Of a stretch of 64,000 nt of DNA, positions 36,201-45,000 are shown piece after piece. Made by a program: the position numbers and the translations under genes. The DNA comes from Bacteroidota bacterium (GTDB lineage Bacteria > Bacteroidota > Bacteroidia > Chitinophagales > LD1): contig JAOQAO010000067.1 of the NCBI GenBank assembly GCA_025963485.1, positions 796-64,795 of the forward strand, written 5' to 3'. The first letter of the stretch is position 1. Every line of letters begins with the position of its first letter. Below the pieces are notes generated by a model. The model did no database searches and was not told where the DNA came from. It saw only the letters and a program-made list of their open reading frames with translations.

Positions 36201-39200
36201 AGTCAGTTCTTTTGGAGCGGGTCCCGACCGTAGCGCCTCCTGTGTCACGCTACCAGGCGGCAGCGTCACGATGGCTGGCTGGGGCTCTGGTACATGGACC
36301 GCCCGCACTGGTAATCCGGGAACTGCTACCATCACCTCTGCCAGCAGTGCGACGACCACCATCACTACATTCAGCGCAGCAGGCACCTATGGCTTCGTAT
36401 GGACAGCAGCAGGCGGACAGACAGATACGGCGCTGGTGACTATCACCTCTGTGGCCAATGGAGGCCCGGATCAGACCGCATCCGTGAGCGGATCGGCTAC
36501 TATGGCAGCTACAGGTAGTGGCTTCTGGTGGGCTGTATCAGGCAATCCCGGTACAGTCAATATCACCGATATTGTTTCTCCTACTACGACCATTACCGGA
36601 TTCAGCGCACAGGGTACCTACAGATTTGCGTGGAACAGCGGTTCCTGCCCGGATACAGTATCCATAGTGGTCGGCGCAGGTGCATTCTCTGCCGGGCCTG
36701 ATGTCTTTGCATACTGTGTAGTGCCGACGGGAGGCATCACTCAGATGGCTGGCTCTGGTACCGGTACCTGGTCAGCCCGCGCGGGCAATCCCGGCACCGC
36801 AACCATCATGGCGCCGACGAGTCCTACTACGTATATTCTCAGTTTCTCTGCTACCGGTGTCTATGGATATGTATGGACAGCAGCTGGTGGCCAGACCGAT
36901 ACTGCGCTGGTCAACGTGTTACCCAAACCTAATGCCGGAGCAGATCAGTTCGCTACTACCGGCAACTCAGCTACCATGGCCGCTACAGGCGCTGGTACAT
37001 GGACCGCCCAACCAGGTAATCCGGGTACTGCCACGATCACTACTCCTGCCAGCCCTACCACGACAATAACAGCTTTCAGCGCAGTGGGCACCTACTACTA
37101 TATCTGGACCAATAGCAGCGGGTGCAATGATACTGCAGTTATCACTGTGACATCAAGCACCTTCAGCGCGGGCCCGGACAGGACAGTATCATGTATCACC
37201 ACACCGGGAGGCTCCGCTACTATGGCGGGTACCGGATCCGGCACCTGGACTGCACGCACGGGCAATCCCGGTACTGCATCTATCGTATCTGTTACGAGCC
37301 CGACTACATCGATTACTACATTCAGTGCAGCGGGTGTCTATGGCTTTGTATGGACCGCATCCGGAGGCCAGACCGATACCATGCTGGTCACCGTGACAGT
37401 GAAACCTAATGCAGGGATCGATCAGTCAGCTATCAACGGAGGCTCAACTACTATGGCAGCTACAGGCGCTGGTACGTGGACCGCCCAGTCAGGCAATCCG
37501 AGTACTACCGCGATCACCACTTCTACCAGCCCCACGACGACTATCACGGCTTTCAGTGCAGTAGGCACTTTTTACTATATCTGGACCAATAGTAGCGGAT
37601 GCAGCGATACCGCCGCTGTCATCGTGACATCGGGCAGCTTCAGCGCAGGTCCGGACAGGACAGTATCATGTGTCACTACACCGGGTGGCTCCGCTACTAT
37701 GGCGGGTACCGGATCCGGTACATGGACTGCACGCGCGGGCAATCCCGGTACAGCATCCATCGCATCTGCTACGAGTCCTATTACATCCATTACCACATTC
37801 AGTGCGGCGGGTGTATATGGTTTCGTCTGGACATCATCTGTCGGGCAGAAAGACACCGCGCTCGTCACCGTGACTGCAAAACCTAATGCTGGTACCGATC
37901 AGTCAGCTACTACCGGCGGCTCTGCTACGATGGCCGCTACCGGTACCGGCACCTGGACCGCTCTATCAGGCAATCCAGGTACCGCGACCATTACATCACC
38001 CACCAGTCCTACTACTACTATCAGTGCTTTCAGCTCAGCTGGTACTTATCGCTTCAGATGGACCAGCGGTGGATGTGCAGATACCGCGGCCGTAGTAGTA
38101 AGCACTATATCGGCCTGCGGCATGGCCCTGACAGATAGCACCCACCGCCCGAGCTGCTCAGGGTCCAGCACTGGAGAAGTATTCCTGTATATCACAGGAG
38201 GCACTGCTCCATATCAGTACAAACTAGGATTTAACGGTACATGGCAAACATCCAATCAATTCACAAATCTAAGTTCAGGAGCCAGGATGTACTATGTGAA
38301 GGATGCTACAGGATGTACTGATTCCATCTCGATCACACTGACAGCAGGTTTTGTAGCCGTACCATCTATCAGCTACATCCCCCTTGGCAACAGGACTTAT
38401 CAATTTACAGCCAACGATCTGGGTTTTTATAACCCCGGATACTGGTGGGCTTACGATGTCAATAATTTCATCACAACTACTACCGGACCGAAGACGGTCA
38501 CTTATACCTATTCCACCACCGGGGCTCACTCTATGTGGGTAATGGTCGGCGAGGGGACAGCTTTGACATGTTCCACTATGGATTCTGTCAGCTTTATTAT
38601 ACCATCTTCCTGTAGTCTGCACGATTCGCTTTCTTACACTGCCCTGGGTGGTACGCAGTATAGTTTTAGTGCGCACACTACCGGAGCGACCCGTCCCGGA
38701 TACTTCTGGACAGTACCCGCTACCTGGACACACGTGTCAGGCGCCGGAGGCTCGGCCGTATATTCTGTGCCATCATCAGGTATATACAGTGTGACGCTGA
38801 CCACCGTAGACTCCACCACTGAGTGCGGGTACACACAAACTATAAATGTCAACCTCTCTCCATCATGTTCACTGGTGCTTTATGACACCCTGACTGACCC
38901 TGCATGCGTGCTCAATAGTGGTGTGATGAGGCTCACCGCAGCAGGTACGCCGCCATATCAATATCGCATGGGCATCAATGGTACATGGCAGTCCTCTAAT
39001 ATTTTTTCCGGCTTATTCGCAGGCATCGATACATTCTATGCGATGGATGCAGGCAGCTGTGTGGTCAGCGTCATAGATACGCTGGTCAGGTCGGGTTATC
39101 CGGTCGTAGCTCCTGCCAGCAATAGTCCTGTAGGACTCGGCGGTACGATCACGCTTTTCAGAAATGGATCCGGAGCAGGTACTTTCCCTACCACATCATG

Positions 39201-41085
39201 GACCGGGCCCAATGGTTTCACCTCATCGGCTATCGACCCGACCATATCAGGCGCTACCGCAGCAGCTACCGGTATATATACGGTCAAATACGGTGATGTA
39301 TTCTGCAAAGTGTCAGACTCCATTCTCGTGATGGTCGGTAGCGGAGGCGCTGGCCTCGACAAGCTCGTATCCTGTGTCACACTGCCCGGAGGAGTCGCCA
39401 CTATGCTGGCGTACGGGAGCGGCACCTGGACTGCCTTGCCTGGCAATCCGGGCACGGCTACGATCACCAATCCTTCTGATCCGGCTACTCCTATTACCAG
39501 CTTCTCAGCGGCTGGTGTTTATACATTCCTCTACACGACTACCGGACCTCAGATCGATACAGCCCGTATCACCGTGACGACTATGCCCGACGCTGGTCCT
39601 GATAGATCCCTGAGCTGTGCACCACTGTCAGGTGGCAGTGTCACTATGGCCGCCACAGGTACAGGCACATGGACTATCCGCACTGGCAATCCCGGCACCT
39701 CCCATATCACCTCTACTACCAGCCCTACCACGACGGTCACGACATTCAGCGCACCAGGCACGTACTATTATATCTGGACAAATGCCGGAGGCTGTAAAGA
39801 TACAGCCGCTGTGACCATCACCTCTATACCTAATGCACCGGTGCTGTATGCCACCGGCGGCTGTCCCGGCACTGATACGATCACCATCAATGTCGTACCG
39901 GGTACCAACCAGATCACCTGGCTGCTCAATGGGGGGATAGTGCATACTTCCATTCCGACGGATACCACTTTCGTACCTACCGTGCCAGGGTCGTACACAG
40001 CTACTGTTACCAGCGGCCTGTGCCAGTCTGCGGCATCCAATGCGACGACCCTACTCTCATGCCTCTCAGACTCCGTCTGGCCGGGAGATGCTAATCACGA
40101 TGGTGTAGCGGACAATAATGACCTGCTGCCTATCGGTATAGCATATGGGCTAAATGGTTTCACCCGTCCGGATCAGTCTATCGTCTGGAATGCGCATTAT
40201 GCTGCGGACTGGGGTGTGCAGTTCGTCAATGGAACAAATACCAAGCATGCCGACTGTGATGGCAATGCTGTAGTAGATGCTAATGATACAACCGCTATCC
40301 TTCTGAACTTCGGCCTCACGCATACCAAAACCGGCGGATACGGCCAGCCATGGCGATCTGGCGCACCGGGTATCAAGCTTGAGTATTCTAAAGACACAGT
40401 TGCCGCCGGAGATACACTCACCGTCTCCATGATACTCGGAGACTCCATCACACCGGCTACTAATATCTATGGCTTCGCATTTAACTATCACTATGACCCA
40501 CTGGTGCTGGATACCGCCACTACATCGTTTGGATATATCAATTCATTCCTGGGTAATAGCACCAATATGATCCAGCTTCACAAGGATTTTAAAGAGCTGG
40601 GTATCATCAGGACTGCAGTGACAGGCATTAATCATCTCAACCGCAGCGGCTATGGTATCATCGGCCACTTCAGGTGTATCATCACTACCGATAATATCAA
40701 TGGCAAAGACCTGGCATATTATGGCAATATCAATTTCATCTCCGATATAATAGCCATAGACAAAGATGAAAATCCGATCACGCTCAATGCGGGCTTAGAT
40801 TCCAACCGGGTCGCCTATGAGCCCACCGGTATCCGCGGGCAACCCGCTCTGCCACGGGTCAATATCTATCCCAATCCGGCCTCTGACCGGATGATGGTGA
40901 ACTCCGATGCAGCTATCGGCGCCATAGTGATCACTGATATATTGGGACAGGACGCTCTGGTACAAAATATCCCGGATAAAAAAGTGGAAACACTGGATAT
41001 ATCTTCTCTCACACCCGGAGTATATACGGTACATATTTCCACGATACGTGGATCAGCCACAGTGAAACTGATCATAGCACGATAA
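33298..41085 (+). CDS. giant modular cell-surface protein (T9SS type A cargo) with ~20 tandem ~80-aa modules, SprB-type repeats, dockerin-like and cohesin-like modules
   Basis: Signal peptide MKTSRTLLTAILLLLAIRSFAQS; the tracked ORF starts at 33274. The body alternates modules of the form (A)GPDR..SC....GGS.TMAG.GSGTW.AR.GNPGTA and ...GGSATMAATG.GTWTA.SGNPGTATIT. SprB-like C..G..GG.(A/P)PY.Y units are present. Dockerin-like WPGDANHDGVADNNDLL and DCDGNAVVDANDTTAIL are followed by a cohesin-like block with FNYHYDPLVLD. The C-terminus is VNIYPNPASDRMMV...GVYTVHIST...KLIIAR. Confidence 0.85.
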   Translation: MKTSRTLLTAILLLLAIRSFAQSAGPDRTISCIYDGDVTMAGTGTGYWTERAGNPGYVNLNFASQPNSTFTYFTTPGTYGFIWHSGGQSDTALVVVTGRPAAGIDRSVITTSFPGGSTIMTARGSGTWTPYGGNPGSAIIDDPDSAATAIRDFTWPGSYSFIWTNASGCSDTAQVEVTASSCTFSVMDTVLDVMCFLDHGVVRIGASGGTPPYLYREGINGTWQTDHRFISYNGEQDTFYVQDASACVQSIVETMSSPGLGPSMSAYASSIVAPGGTIYLSCMTDGIIRSIEWYGPPGSSFSTAANPAIPNVTDGYEGYYQVKITDINGCYMYSSGMYVAVAGAAGVNQNTPCTTLPGGSVTMSASGTGTWAALAGNPGTATIVSPTDSGTVINAFSTAGTYGFVWTYTGGLTDTVLITVKAKPNAGVDRTASVGGSATMAASGTGSWYARYNNPSSTTITSTTSPTTTITSFSTPGTYYYIWTNSSGCTDTAAVVVTAAFGAGPDQTLSCISLAGGSSTMAAMGTGTWSARAGNPGTATSGSATSATTTITTFSAAGTYGYIWTGTGGQKDTMLITITAKPNAGADKSAIVNGQATMAATGAGTWTALSGNPGTATITTPTSATTTITLFSTTGTYRYIWTNSSGCKDTAAVVVTNGTISAGPDRTICQSTYILMQATGSGTWTSLSSNPSITHVSPPTSPTGSVQYLDVVGTYGFVWTSGSLSDTVYITTIAKPYTGGTIYACSRDTSVTTVASGTGVWRFLSGPAAVVIADTTAAVTTIRLNGTSSGFYYFSWVNSAGCSDSFRVYTLSCGLAGVDQSTGCPSSLSGSTVTMDATGTGSWAARAGNPGTATITSASSPNTTITNFSTAGIYGFVWTSSGGVKDTALVNVSLKPNGGADKTASVGGTATMAASGTGYWGNLSTNPGSATITSINSSSTTITSFSALGTYLFLWVNSGGCQDTVAVVVSSFGAGPDRSASCVTLPGGSVTMAGWGSGTWTARTGNPGTATITSASSATTTITTFSAAGTYGFVWTAAGGQTDTALVTITSVANGGPDQTASVSGSATMAATGSGFWWAVSGNPGTVNITDIVSPTTTITGFSAQGTYRFAWNSGSCPDTVSIVVGAGAFSAGPDVFAYCVVPTGGITQMAGSGTGTWSARAGNPGTATIMAPTSPTTYILSFSATGVYGYVWTAAGGQTDTALVNVLPKPNAGADQFATTGNSATMAATGAGTWTAQPGNPGTATITTPASPTTTITAFSAVGTYYYIWTNSSGCNDTAVITVTSSTFSAGPDRTVSCITTPGGSATMAGTGSGTWTARTGNPGTASIVSVTSPTTSITTFSAAGVYGFVWTASGGQTDTMLVTVTVKPNAGIDQSAINGGSTTMAATGAGTWTAQSGNPSTTAITTSTSPTTTITAFSAVGTFYYIWTNSSGCSDTAAVIVTSGSFSAGPDRTVSCVTTPGGSATMAGTGSGTWTARAGNPGTASIASATSPITSITTFSAAGVYGFVWTSSVGQKDTALVTVTAKPNAGTDQSATTGGSATMAATGTGTWTALSGNPGTATITSPTSPTTTISAFSSAGTYRFRWTSGGCADTAAVVVSTISACGMALTDSTHRPSCSGSSTGEVFLYITGGTAPYQYKLGFNGTWQTSNQFTNLSSGARMYYVKDATGCTDSISITLTAGFVAVPSISYIPLGNRTYQFTANDLGFYNPGYWWAYDVNNFITTTTGPKTVTYTYSTTGAHSMWVMVGEGTALTCSTMDSVSFIIPSSCSLHDSLSYTALGGTQYSFSAHTTGATRPGYFWTVPATWTHVSGAGGSAVYSVPSSGIYSVTLTTVDSTTECGYTQTINVNLSPSCSLVLYDTLTDPACVLNSGVMRLTAAGTPPYQYRMGINGTWQSSNIFSGLFAGIDTFYAMDAGSCVVSVIDTLVRSGYPVVAPASNSPVGLGGTITLFRNGSGAGTFPTTSWTGPNGFTSSAIDPTISGATAAATGIYTVKYGDVFCKVSDSILVMVGSGGAGLDKLVSCVTLPGGVATMLAYGSGTWTALPGNPGTATITNPSDPATPITSFSAAGVYTFLYTTTGPQIDTARITVTTMPDAGPDRSLSCAPLSGGSVTMAATGTGTWTIRTGNPGTSHITSTTSPTTTVTTFSAPGTYYYIWTNAGGCKDTAAVTITSIPNAPVLYATGGCPGTDTITINVVPGTNQITWLLNGGIVHTSIPTDTTFVPTVPGSYTATVTSGLCQSAASNATTLLSCLSDSVWPGDANHDGVADNNDLLPIGIAYGLNGFTRPDQSIVWNAHYAADWGVQFVNGTNTKHADCDGNAVVDANDTTAILLNFGLTHTKTGGYGQPWRSGAPGIKLEYSKDTVAAGDTLTVSMILGDSITPATNIYGFAFNYHYDPLVLDTATTSFGYINSFLGNSTNMIQLHKDFKELGIIRTAVTGINHLNRSGYGIIGHFRCIITTDNINGKDLAYYGNINFISDIIAIDKDENPITLNAGLDSNRVAYEPTGIRGQPALPRVNIYPNPASDRMMVNSDAAIGAIVITDILGQDALVQNIPDKKVETLDISSLTPGVYTVHISTIRGSATVKLIIAR
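33360..38100 (+). repeat. about ten coding super-repeats with ~477-nt period inside the giant gene
   Basis: The GPD-type module starts recur at 36211, 36685, 37162 and 37639 (offsets 474-477 nt) and similarly upstream. The units at 37162 and 37639 are roughly 80-90 percent identical at DNA level by eye. Confidence 0.85.
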
Positions 41086-41111
41086 GCTCAATACACCATA
41101 GGAAACGCAAA

Positions 41112-41137
41112 GGCGGAGCATATGCTCCGCCTTTTTT
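41112..41137 (+). terminator. Rho-independent terminator of the giant gene
   Basis: GGCGGAGC-ATAT-GCTCCGCC followed by TTTTTT, 27 nt after the stop. Confidence 0.8.
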
Positions 41138-41432
41138 AGAACCACAAGGACCAGATACCGAATATCTCATGATCGTATTATATGGTCAAAACCTCATTGG
41201 AATTAGGTCATTTTCCTCATTTTTCCTACATTCACGCCATTGTACTCTATTCTATCCACCTAAACACAAGTCTATCGGTCAATTCTACACGTAATTAGGT
41301 CAAAGTTTATATTTTAGCCCGATTTCAAAATACGTCCGGCGATGTAGTGGCTATGCCTTATGCTCACCGCAATGCCGGAACAGATATTTTGCTGCAAAAT
41401 ATGACGGAGGCCGACATGACCATAGTACAGAA

Positions 41433-42029
41433 ATGATAGCATATCTCAACGGCAAAATAGTGCATAAAAGCCCCACTCATCTCATCATGGATATGGGTGG
41501 TATAGGCTATATGGTGAAGATCAGCCTCAATACCTATGCTAAGGTACAAGGCCTCGATCAGACCTTGCTCCATATTTCCCTTATAGTGAAGATCGAGAAT
41601 CAGTCCGTATCCGGTTTTGATATGTACGGCTTTGCGGACGAGCTCGAAAAAGACATCTTCGAAAAAATGATCTCTGTATCAGGTGTCGGAGCCGCTACTG
41701 CGCGCATGATGCTGTCGACATTCAGGCCTGAAGAGATACAGCATGCTATCCTCACGGAGAATGAGGCCATGATACAAAGCGTGAAAGGCATCGGTCCCAA
41801 ATCGGCCAAGCGCATCATACTGGAGCTGAAAGATAAGATAGGCAAAGTCTCCGGCGATGTCATAATTTCTGCCCGTGCCCACAATACCAGCAGGGATGAG
41901 GCGTTAAATGCGCTCGTTGCCCTTGGTTTTGTCAAGTCGGCAGTAGAAAAAGTTTTAACAAAAATCACAGCAGGCGACCCGACGTTGTCCGTTGAGTCAT
42001 TGATCAAAGAATCGTTGAAGCAATTGTAG
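41433..42029 (+). CDS. ruvA: Holliday junction branch migration complex subunit RuvA
   Basis: MIAYLNGKIVHKSPTHLIMDMGGIGYMVKISLNTY, HhH motifs (ISVSGVGAATARMML, VKGIGPKSAKRIILEL) and a C-terminal domain III. Confidence 0.92.
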   Translation: MIAYLNGKIVHKSPTHLIMDMGGIGYMVKISLNTYAKVQGLDQTLLHISLIVKIENQSVSGFDMYGFADELEKDIFEKMISVSGVGAATARMMLSTFRPEEIQHAILTENEAMIQSVKGIGPKSAKRIILELKDKIGKVSGDVIISARAHNTSRDEALNALVALGFVKSAVEKVLTKITAGDPTLSVESLIKESLKQL

Positions 42030-42031
42030 GA

Positions 42032-45000
42032 ATGCAGATAAAGCATAGGATATATACGGGTTTTCTGACTTTCGCAGCTATGAGCACGTTCGTGCTGGGC
42101 TACTCCAATAACTATGTCCGCCTATGGAAGAGTGCCAGCCCGTCGGCAGCGGCAGCAGCAGAACCTGTGCCCATGCCCGCCGATACACCACCGCTCAAAT
42201 ATCCGATGAAAGACCGGCAAGGGGATTATATCACGGATAAGAAAAAAGACCCTTTCTACCTGGCCGATCCATCTAACGTCAAGAAAGACGTGGAGTATGA
42301 CCCGACCACCGGCAAATATATCGTGACCGAAAAGGTGGGTGATGTCAATATCAAAGAGCCACTTTACCTCACCTATGACGAGTACCTGAAATATACAGAG
42401 AAGCAGGAACGCGATGAATACTTCAAGAGCCGCTCCAATGCAATCACCCTCATAGAGGACAAAAGCCTCATACCGCCGATCAATATGAAGAATAAGATCC
42501 TCGACAGGCTCTTTGGCGGTACCAAGATCGAGGTTAAGCCTCAGGGTAACCTCGACCTGACACTAGGCGGCAACTACCAGAAAATAGACAACCCGAACAT
42601 CCCGATACGCAACCGTCATACCGGAGGTTTTGACTTCGATATGAATATCAATATGAATGTCGTGGCCAAGATCGGTGACAAGCTCCAGCTAGGCCTCAAA
42701 TACAATACCCAAAGCGGTTTTGACTTTGACAATCAGGTAAAACTCGGATACACTGGCAAAGAAGATGATATCATCAAGGAGATCGCCATAGGAAACGTCA
42801 GTATGACACTGCCTACGCGCCTCATCACAGGTAGCCAGGCGCTTTTTGGATTTAAGACCAAACTGCAGTTCGGGCGCCTCACATGGACCAGCATCATATC
42901 GCAACAGAAATCAAAAACTCAATCGATCACCGTGGAGAATGGCGCTCAGCGGACCAACTTTGAGCTGCGCGCAGACCAGTATGATGATAGCCGTCACTTC
43001 TTCATGGCACAGCACTTTCGCGATCAGTACGACTACGCACTGTCAGACATGCCGACCATCCAGTCCATAGTGAATGTGACCCGCCTCGAGGTCTGGGTGA
43101 CCAACAGGAATGGTACGACACAAAACGTCCGCGATGTGGTGGCCCTCGCCGATCTCGGTGAGAAAACCCCGTTTAACTATCCCGCCACTGCCAATGGCAG
43201 TACCAACCCTGACAATAGCAGCAACGGCCTCTATGGAGCTATCGCAAATAATGTCAATGGCCGGTATGTGGACCACGTCGAGAATACGATGGCAAACCTC
43301 GGTTTCCAGCAGGGTCAGGACTTTGAGAAAACATATGCCCGCAAACTCCAGCCGACGGAGTATACCTTCAGCCCAAATCTCGGATATATCTCACTCAATA
43401 CAGCACTCAATCCAAATGATGTCCTCGGTATCGCATTTCAGTATGAGGTAAACGGCACGATATACAAGGTGGGTGAGTTCTCCAATGAAATACCGCCTGA
43501 CTCCAACACGACAAGCAAGGTCATTTACCTCAAACTCATCAAAGGTTCATCTGTACGTGTGGCGCTGCCATACTATAAGCTGATGATGAAAAACATATAC
43601 TCACTCGGCGCCTACCAGGTGAGCCCGGAGGACTTCAGGCTCAATATCTACTACAATGACCCAGGCGGTGGAGAGAAACAATACATGCCCCAGGGATGTA
43701 TCAAAGGCAAGCCCCTCATCAAGGTGCTCAATCTCGACAACCTCAACTCTCAGGGAGATGCACAGCCTGACGGACAGTTTGACTTCGTGCCTGGCATTAC
43801 GATCATTCCACAGAATGGACGGATCATATTTCCCGTGCTGCAGCCATTCGGCCAGGACCTGCAGAAAGCATTTGACGCCTGCGGTACGCCTCAGCAGCTT
43901 TCCACCCAGTTCGTCTACCAGCAGCTCTACGACTCGACCAAATTTAATGCGCAGCAATTTCCCGAACGAAACCGCTTCATCATCCGCGGCCAATACAAAG
44001 GCAGCAATGGCAGTCAGATATCACTCGGCGGTATCAATATCCCCAAAGGTTCTGTAAAAGTATCTGCAGGCGGCCAGCTGCTCAAAGAAGGCCTCGACTA
44101 TGAAGTGGATTATAGCCTCGGCAAAGTAACCATCCTCAACCAGGGCGTACTCAACTCGGGCCAGCAGGTCAAGATCGATTTTGAAAACAACAATCAGTTC
44201 GGCTTCCAGCAGAAATCCTTATACGGTACACGGCTCGATTATCTTGTCAATAAGAAATTTAATATAGGAGCCACGGTCATGCACATGACCGAGCGACCAT
44301 TTACACAGAAAGTAAACATCGGAGAGGACCCGATCTCCAACACCATCTTCGGTGCAGATGTCAAATACGAAACCAATGCCGCGTGGTTGACCAAAATACT
44401 CGATAAGCTCCCTATATACTCGACCAAGGAAATGTCTACGATATCTGCCTATGCAGAGGTGGCACATCTATCTCCCGGCCACCAGAAGTCGATCAATGAT
44501 GCCAGCGGCCAGGGGCAGGTATATATCGATGACTTCGAAGGATCCACTACGAACTATGACCTCAAGAATCCACTCAACAACTGGAAGCTCGCATCCACAC
44601 CACGCTATGCACCTGATGCAGCAGGCAAGGTGCTTTTCCCTGAAGCGACGCTGACCAGTGATCCGCGCTATGGATATAACAGGGCTAAGTTTGCATGGTA
44701 CCGTATCGATAATACATTCTATACCAATGCAAGCACTACTATCACCGATCCATATCAGCGTATAGTATCGCAAAAAGAGATCTATCCGAATAAGCCCAAC
44801 CAGCTTTTGGATAATAACATCTACACTTTTGACCTTGCCATGTATCCGCTGGAACGTGGTCCATACAACTACGAACAGAGCAACTCCAGTACGCCGGGCA
44901 TCTCTGCAGGTGTCAACGCTGATGGTAGCTTGAAAAGTCCCCGCTCACGCTGGGGTGGTATCATGCGCGCACTGGACAATACGGATCTCGAAACATCAAA

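Noticed and set aside
33360-38100. Regular ~477-nt periodicity that could superficially suggest a repeat array such as a CRISPR or satellite
   Set aside because: The period is far too long, there are no short identical direct repeats separated by unique spacers, and the whole region is one open reading frame encoding protein modules.
41364-41573. 69-aa minus-strand ORF overlapping the ruvA start, and small ORFs in the 41139-41432 spacer
   Set aside because: They have no signal, motif or plausible start context. The minus ORF is antisense to the conserved RuvA N-terminus.
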